This document shows, in pieces, positions 59,001 through 64,000 of a stretch of DNA of 64,000 nt. Location: positions 625,334 to 689,333 of the forward strand of contig CAVUSH010000003.1 in the NCBI GenBank assembly GCA_963744095.1. Direction: 5' to 3'. Positions within the stretch are counted from its first letter, which is position 1. Each line of letters begins with the position of its first letter. The stretch is from an uncultured Chloroflexia bacterium (lineage in GTDB: Bacteria > Chloroflexota > Limnocylindria > Limnocylindrales > CSP1-4). The notes under the pieces were generated by a model, which did not search any database, was not told where the DNA came from, and saw nothing but the letters and a program-made list of their open reading frames with translations. Made by a program: the position numbers and the translations under genes.

Positions 59001-60659
59001 GTGGCCCGAGATCTCGTCCACGCCGGTCGCCGCGTTCCGCTCGTCGCGGGCAGGACGCTCTTCGACGCGGCCGACGAGCTGGCGATGGTCGTCCCGGCTT
59101 CGTGTCGACGCTCCGGCCGCTGTCACGAGTGCATCGTGGAGATCCTGCGGGGCGGGGAGGCCCTGTCGCCCTTGGAGGAACAGGAGCGGTTCCTTCGTCC
59201 GGGCTACCGGCTCGCCTGCCGGGCGACCGTGACCCGCGAGCCGGCCGAGAGCGATCTCGAGTTCGTGGTGCTGCGTCGCCGCCTGAAGATCCTCATGCCA
59301 CCGCCCGGTCCGCCCCTCGAGGTCGATCCGGCCATCACCGTCCGGGACGGCCGGGTGCGCTGGCACGACGAGGACGTGGACGCCGAGCGGGAGCGCCTCC
59401 TCGGGATCGCCCTCGACGTCGGGACGACGACCGTCGTCCTCGAGGTGCTCGACCTCCGATCGGGCGAGGCCCTGGCCGTCGGCGCCTTCGAGAACCCCCA
59501 GCGTTTCGGCGGCAGCGACGTCATCGGGAGGATCTCCTACGAGGCGGAGCGGCCGGCGGAGCTGCGGCGGGCCGTGCGGCGAGCCCTCAACCACGAGCTG
59601 TCGCGCATCTACGCCGAGAACGGGATCGAGCGCCACGACGTCCTCGAGGTGGTCGTCGCGGGCAACACGACCATGCGCGACCTCTTCTTCGGCCTCGACG
59701 TCGCCCCGATCGGGCACTCTCCCTTCCGGAGCGTCACCGAGACCGCCTGGCGCACCGGCGCCTCCCCGGATTCGAGCGTGGTGAGGCTGGCCCACGAGCT
59801 CGGCGTCCTCGTCCACCCGCGGGCCCGGATCTGGGGCGCGCCGCTCATCGCCTGCCACGTGGGCGCCGACGCGGCCGCCGACCTCCTGCCGACCGGAATG
59901 CTGGAGGCTGCCGATCCCGCGACGTCGAGCGGGCCGGCGATGCTCGTGGACGTCGGCACGAACACCGAGGTCGTCATCACCGACGGGCGGCGCGTCCTGG
60001 CGGCCTCGTGCCCGGCCGGCCCGGCCTTCGAGGGCGGCCTCATCCGCTACGGCATGCCCGGCTCGGAGGGAGCCATCGAGGCGGCCCGCCACGACGGGGC
60101 CGGCTGGGTGGTGCGAACCATCGGCGACGTGGAGCCCGAGGGGATCTGCGGCTCCGGGCTCGTGGACGTGCTCGCCGAGCTCCGTCGCACCGGCGCGATG
60201 ACGCCGACCGGGGCCTTCACGGGCGGCAGCCCGGAGGTCACCCTCGTCCCCCCGCAGCGGATCACGTTCTCGCGCGGCGACGCCGCCCAGCTGGCGCAAG
60301 CGAAGGCGGCCAACGCCGTGGGGATGCGCGTCCTCCTGCGCCGCCTCGGGCTGGCCCCGGGCGACCTCGCCGCCCTCCACCTGGCCGGCGGATTCGCTTC
60401 GCACCTCGACGTCCCGAACGCCCAGCGGATCGGATTCCTGCCCCCCGTCCCGGCCGACCGCGTCGTCCAGCATGGCAACGCGTCGGTCCGGGGCGCGGCC
60501 GCGCTCCTCCTCTCCCTGCGGGCCCGTGCCCGCCTCGACGCGTTCGTCGGCCGAATCGAGCACGTGGAGCTCGAGGCCGAGCCCGACTTCTTCGACCTGT
60601 TCGTGGACGGCCTCCGGTTCGACCCGCTGCCGTCCCTCGTGGAGGCATCGCCCGCATGA
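59001..60659 (+). CDS. Reductive activator of corrinoid proteins (RACo/RamA-like, 2Fe-2S plus ASKHA)
   Basis: C...G.C.EC...RLAC, DVGTTT, NPQ..GGSDVI.RI, DVGTN.E, AGPAFEG, GICGSG. Confidence 0.9.
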   Translation: MARDLVHAGRRVPLVAGRTLFDAADELAMVVPASCRRSGRCHECIVEILRGGEALSPLEEQERFLRPGYRLACRATVTREPAESDLEFVVLRRRLKILMPPPGPPLEVDPAITVRDGRVRWHDEDVDAERERLLGIALDVGTTTVVLEVLDLRSGEALAVGAFENPQRFGGSDVIGRISYEAERPAELRRAVRRALNHELSRIYAENGIERHDVLEVVVAGNTTMRDLFFGLDVAPIGHSPFRSVTETAWRTGASPDSSVVRLAHELGVLVHPRARIWGAPLIACHVGADAAADLLPTGMLEAADPATSSGPAMLVDVGTNTEVVITDGRRVLAASCPAGPAFEGGLIRYGMPGSEGAIEAARHDGAGWVVRTIGDVEPEGICGSGLVDVLAELRRTGAMTPTGAFTGGSPEVTLVPPQRITFSRGDAAQLAQAKAANAVGMRVLLRRLGLAPGDLAALHLAGGFASHLDVPNAQRIGFLPPVPADRVVQHGNASVRGAAALLLSLRARARLDAFVGRIEHVELEAEPDFFDLFVDGLRFDPLPSLVEASPA

Positions 60660-62242
60660 TCGTTGCTGCCAAGCCCACCCTCCGCCACCGCCTGCTCGCG
60701 ACCGACGAGTTCGTCACCGTCACCGAGATCGTGCCCTCGCGGGGGCTCGCCCTCGATCCGCCGGCCCGGCGCAGCCTCGACGCCGCCCGGGCCCTCGTCG
60801 ACGACCCGCGGATCGCCGCCATCTCGATCACCGACAACGCCGGCGGCCACGCCATGGCGAGCCCCGTCCCCCTCGCTGAAGAGCTCCTGGCGAAGGGCCA
60901 GGACGTCATCGTCCACGTTGCCTGCCGCGACCGCAGCCGCAACGCGCTGCGCTCGCTCGCCTGGGAGCTGGAGGCCCGCGGGATCCGCAACGTCCTCGCC
61001 ATCTCCGGGGATCACCCGGTCGAGGGGACCGGCGGCCTCTCCCGGCCGGTCTTCGACCTCGACTCGGTCGGCCTGATCGCGCTCTACCACGGCCTGGTGG
61101 ACGAGCCCGGCCCCGACGGGACCGACCACGCGCCGGGCCTCTACATCGGGACCGCGGTCTCGCCCTTCAAGCGCCTCGAGTCCGAGGTGATCCTCCAGTA
61201 CCTCAAGCTCGAGCTCAAGGCCCGGGCGGGCGCCGACTTCGTGATCCCCCAGCTCGGCTACGACAGCCGCAAATGGGACGAGCTCCTGCGCTGGATGCGC
61301 CTCCACGACCTCCGGCTGCCGGTCCTGGCGAACGTCTACGTCCTCACCCGGACGGTCGCCCGCCTCTTCCACGCCAGCGCGATCCCGGGCTGCGTCGTCT
61401 CGGACGAGCTCCTGGCGACCATCGAGAAGGCCGCCGCCGGTCCGGACAAGGGGAAGGGCTTCTTTGTCGAGCTCGCGGCGAAGCAGGTCGCGATCGCGCG
61501 CGGGATGGGCTTCCGGGGGGCCTACCTGGCGGGGCATTCGCTTCCCGCGGCCGACGTGGACCGGATCCTCGCCCTCGCCGACACGTTCGGGCCGTCGTGG
61601 CCCGACCTCGCCCGGGAGGTCCAGCATTCGCCGAAGGGGACCTTCTTCGTCTACCGGCGGGATCTCGCCACGGGCCTCAACACCGACGACCTGGACCCGC
61701 GCTACGCCCGCTCGCTGACGCCGGCCGCGCGCTCCCGGGCCCGGCGGCGCGGCTCGCTCGCCTACCGGGCGAACCGGCTCACTCACGACCTGGTCTTCAC
61801 CCCGGGGACGCCGGGATACAGGGCGGCGGTCCGCTTCTACGGGGCCGTCGAGCGCTACCACCTCTCCCGCCCGGCCCACGTCCTCGAGCACGCCGTCAAG
61901 GTTCCCCTCTTCGACTGCCGGGACTGCGGGGACTGCTCGCTCCCCGACCTCGCCTACCTCTGCCCGGAGTCGCAGTGCCCGAAGGGCGAGCGGAACGGCC
62001 CCTGCGGCGGCAGCCACGACGGGATCTGCGAGGTCCTGCCGCGGCCCTGCGTCTGGGTCCGCGCCTACGACCGTCTCAAGCCCTACGGCGAGGAGCTCGC
62101 GATGCTCGACCGGGCGCCCGTCCTCGTCGACCACGCCCTGGAGCGTACGAGCGCCTGGGCCAACACCTACCTCGGGCGCGACCACTACGGGCGCGCCGCC
62201 GCGGTGACCACCGCCGAGGCACCGGAGGAGACCCCAGCATGA
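60656..62242 (+). CDS. Methylenetetrahydrofolate reductase fused to a C-terminal Cys-rich MetV-like domain
   Basis: ITDN, HVACRDRSR, LAISGD, K..AGADF...Q. CRDCGDC...CP...CPK..RNGPCGG...CE...CVW. Confidence 0.88.
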   Translation: MIVAAKPTLRHRLLATDEFVTVTEIVPSRGLALDPPARRSLDAARALVDDPRIAAISITDNAGGHAMASPVPLAEELLAKGQDVIVHVACRDRSRNALRSLAWELEARGIRNVLAISGDHPVEGTGGLSRPVFDLDSVGLIALYHGLVDEPGPDGTDHAPGLYIGTAVSPFKRLESEVILQYLKLELKARAGADFVIPQLGYDSRKWDELLRWMRLHDLRLPVLANVYVLTRTVARLFHASAIPGCVVSDELLATIEKAAAGPDKGKGFFVELAAKQVAIARGMGFRGAYLAGHSLPAADVDRILALADTFGPSWPDLAREVQHSPKGTFFVYRRDLATGLNTDDLDPRYARSLTPAARSRARRRGSLAYRANRLTHDLVFTPGTPGYRAAVRFYGAVERYHLSRPAHVLEHAVKVPLFDCRDCGDCSLPDLAYLCPESQCPKGERNGPCGGSHDGICEVLPRPCVWVRAYDRLKPYGEELAMLDRAPVLVDHALERTSAWANTYLGRDHYGRAAAVTTAEAPEETPA

Positions 62243-63267
62243 CCGACACCGTCCGCGGCCCATTCATCGTCATCGGCGAGAACATCCACGCCACCCGGGT
62301 CCTGCTGCGGAGCGGGACGCGGGTGACGTCGCTGCCGGACGGGCGCCCGGCGATCCCCTTCACCGACGACGAGGGGACCCCGCGGCTCCTGGCGGTCCCC
62401 GACGCGGCCCTCGACGGCGCGGGCGAGAAGCAGAAGGTGAAGCACGTCAAGGCTGCGGTCCTCGCCGGGCTTGCCGGCGGCACAGACGCCGCGCTCGGCC
62501 GCGGCTACGTCCGCTTCCTCGCCCGCCGCCAGGTCGAGGCCGGGGCGGACTACCTGGACCTCAACGTGGACGAGGCCAGCAATGACGTGGACGGGCGGGT
62601 GGCGGCGATCCGCTGGCTCGTCGGGGCGGTGGAGGACGCCACCCCCGCGGCCCTCGCGCTCGATTCATCGGCCCCCGAGGTCCTGCGCGCGGGGTTGGCG
62701 GCGGCGGCCCGAACGGCGGGAGCCCCGCTCCTCAACTCGGCATCGCTCGAGCGGCTCGACGTGCTGGACCTGGCCGCGACGGAGAGCTGCACCGTGGTCC
62801 TCGGGGCGAGCGGCGAGCAGGGCATGCCGGCCTCGGCGGCGGAGCGGGTGGCGAACGCCGAGCGGATCGTCGAGGAGGCGGCGCGCCGCGGGATGACCCT
62901 CGGGGCCCTGCACGTCGACCCGCTGGTCCTGCCGGTGGCCGTCGAGCCGGAGGTCGGCTCCTGGTTCCTCGAGGCGGTGGCGACGCTGCGGACCGAGTAC
63001 GGGCCGGAGATCCACCTCACCGGAGGGCTCTCCAACGTCAGCTTCGGGCTGCCCCTGCGCAAGCTCCTCAACGACGTCTTCATCGATCTCGCCGCCGAGG
63101 CCGGCGCCGACAGTGGGATCATCGATCCCGTGGCGAGCGACCCGCGCCGGATCCTCGCCCAGGACCGCGGGGGCCGGGCCCAGGCGCTCGCGGCAAACCT
63201 TCTGACCGGGCGCGACCCGTTCGGGATGGAGTTCCTCACCGCCTACCGCGCCGGCGAGCTCACCTGA
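62239..63267 (+). CDS. Methyltetrahydrofolate:corrinoid methyltransferase (pterin-binding, AcsE-like)
   Basis: IGENI, Q..AGADYLDLN, LDSS, LNS, DPLV.P, GLSNVSFGLP.R. Confidence 0.88.
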   Translation: MTDTVRGPFIVIGENIHATRVLLRSGTRVTSLPDGRPAIPFTDDEGTPRLLAVPDAALDGAGEKQKVKHVKAAVLAGLAGGTDAALGRGYVRFLARRQVEAGADYLDLNVDEASNDVDGRVAAIRWLVGAVEDATPAALALDSSAPEVLRAGLAAAARTAGAPLLNSASLERLDVLDLAATESCTVVLGASGEQGMPASAAERVANAERIVEEAARRGMTLGALHVDPLVLPVAVEPEVGSWFLEAVATLRTEYGPEIHLTGGLSNVSFGLPLRKLLNDVFIDLAAEAGADSGIIDPVASDPRRILAQDRGGRAQALAANLLTGRDPFGMEFLTAYRAGELT

Positions 63268-63329
63268 GCCCCGGCATCGACGCCGCAGGACCGACCCACG
63301 ACCCGACGACGAGCGAGAAGGAGCACCCC

Positions 63330-63962
63330 ATGGCGGATCTCGAGGCCCTCGCGGCGGCGATCGAGGCGGGCGACCGGGCGACGGCGACGACGATCACGCG
63401 GGAGGCGGTCGCGGAGGGCATGGATCCGAAGTCCGTCCTCGACGCGATGACCAGGGCGATGGAGGTCATCGGCCACAGGTTCCAGTGCAACGAGATCTAT
63501 GTCCCCGAGATGCTGATCTCGGCCCGGGCGATGAAGGAGGCCACCGCGGTCCTCGAGCCGGTCCTCACCGCGGCCGGCATCCGGCCCGGGCACACCGCCG
63601 TCATCGGGACGATCAAGGGCGATCTCCACGACATCGGCAAGAACCTCGTGGCGATGATGTGGAAGGGGGCCAACATCGAGGTCGTCGACCTCGGCACGAA
63701 CGTCACGGCGGAGGCGTTCGTCGCCGCCGCCCGGGAGCACGGGGCGTCGCTCGTCGGGGTGTCGGCCCTTCTCACGACCACGATGGTCGGCATGAAGGAC
63801 GTGGTGGCCGCGGTCCGGGCGGCCGACCTGCCCGGCGTCAAGGTGATCGTCGGCGGGGCGCCGGTCACGGCAGAATATGCGGCCTCGATCGGCGCCGACG
63901 GCTACGCCCCCGACGCCGCCAGCGCGGTCGAGGTGGCCAAGACGGCCGTCGGCATGGCGTAG
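63330..63962 (+). CDS. Methyltransferase corrinoid (B12-binding) protein, MtbC/MttC-like
   Basis: Cap domain YVPEML..A.AM, GDLHDIGKNLV, SALLTTTM, GGAPV, GADGYA.DA. Confidence 0.93.
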   Translation: MADLEALAAAIEAGDRATATTITREAVAEGMDPKSVLDAMTRAMEVIGHRFQCNEIYVPEMLISARAMKEATAVLEPVLTAAGIRPGHTAVIGTIKGDLHDIGKNLVAMMWKGANIEVVDLGTNVTAEAFVAAAREHGASLVGVSALLTTTMVGMKDVVAAVRAADLPGVKVIVGGAPVTAEYAASIGADGYAPDAASAVEVAKTAVGMA

Positions 63963-64000
63963 CGAGCGGCGCCCGTGCCGCCGCTCCGTTCCCAGCAGCC

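Overview
Very GC-rich bacterial chromosomal window. The gene content suggests a monoderm such as Chloroflexota or Actinomycetota (inference, not verified). The left third (1-23 kb) is metabolic and envelope genes: a Tat-exported two-domain multicopper oxidase, a Usp, an aldehyde dehydrogenase/class-III aminotransferase/CoA-transferase catabolic cluster, a HAD hydrolase, FabI, a diguanylate cyclase, a Fur-family regulator facing a Ni/Co ECF (CbiMNQO-type) transporter, a LysM protein, a 4-gene ABC system and a CopC-linked membrane cluster. The centre (about 23.2-52.4 kb) is a phage-tail-like contractile injection system (CIS/eCIS) resembling the Streptomyces type: sheath, two tubes, tail-assembly chaperone, LysM, VgrG, gp25, two baseplate proteins, cap and AAA ATPase. 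It has no capsid, lysis or PAAR gene. It also carries three candidate cargo genes sharing an LQxxAGNxxV motif, two zinc-ribbon/TM/glycan-binding CisA-like adaptors, two further membrane/secreted proteins and two regulators (STAND-BTAD and LuxR). Notable cis signals: a candidate programmed -1 frameshift cassette (internal SD, G7, hairpin) fusing the chaperone to DUF6760; three 11-bp-phased octamers typical of SARP/BTAD sites; and a 14-bp quasi-palindromic box in 22-bp phase in the CIS divergent promoter. The right end has a large GH13 enzyme, amidinotransferase plus M20 deacylase, an ArsR regulator and a corrinoid methyl-transfer operon (RACo, MetF-MetV fusion, methyl-THF methyltransferase, corrinoid protein). 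Many genes appear leaderless. Five genes carry single frameshifts, probably assembly indels. I saw no rRNA, tRNA, CRISPR or IS element. All family assignments are by motif recognition; no database search was run.
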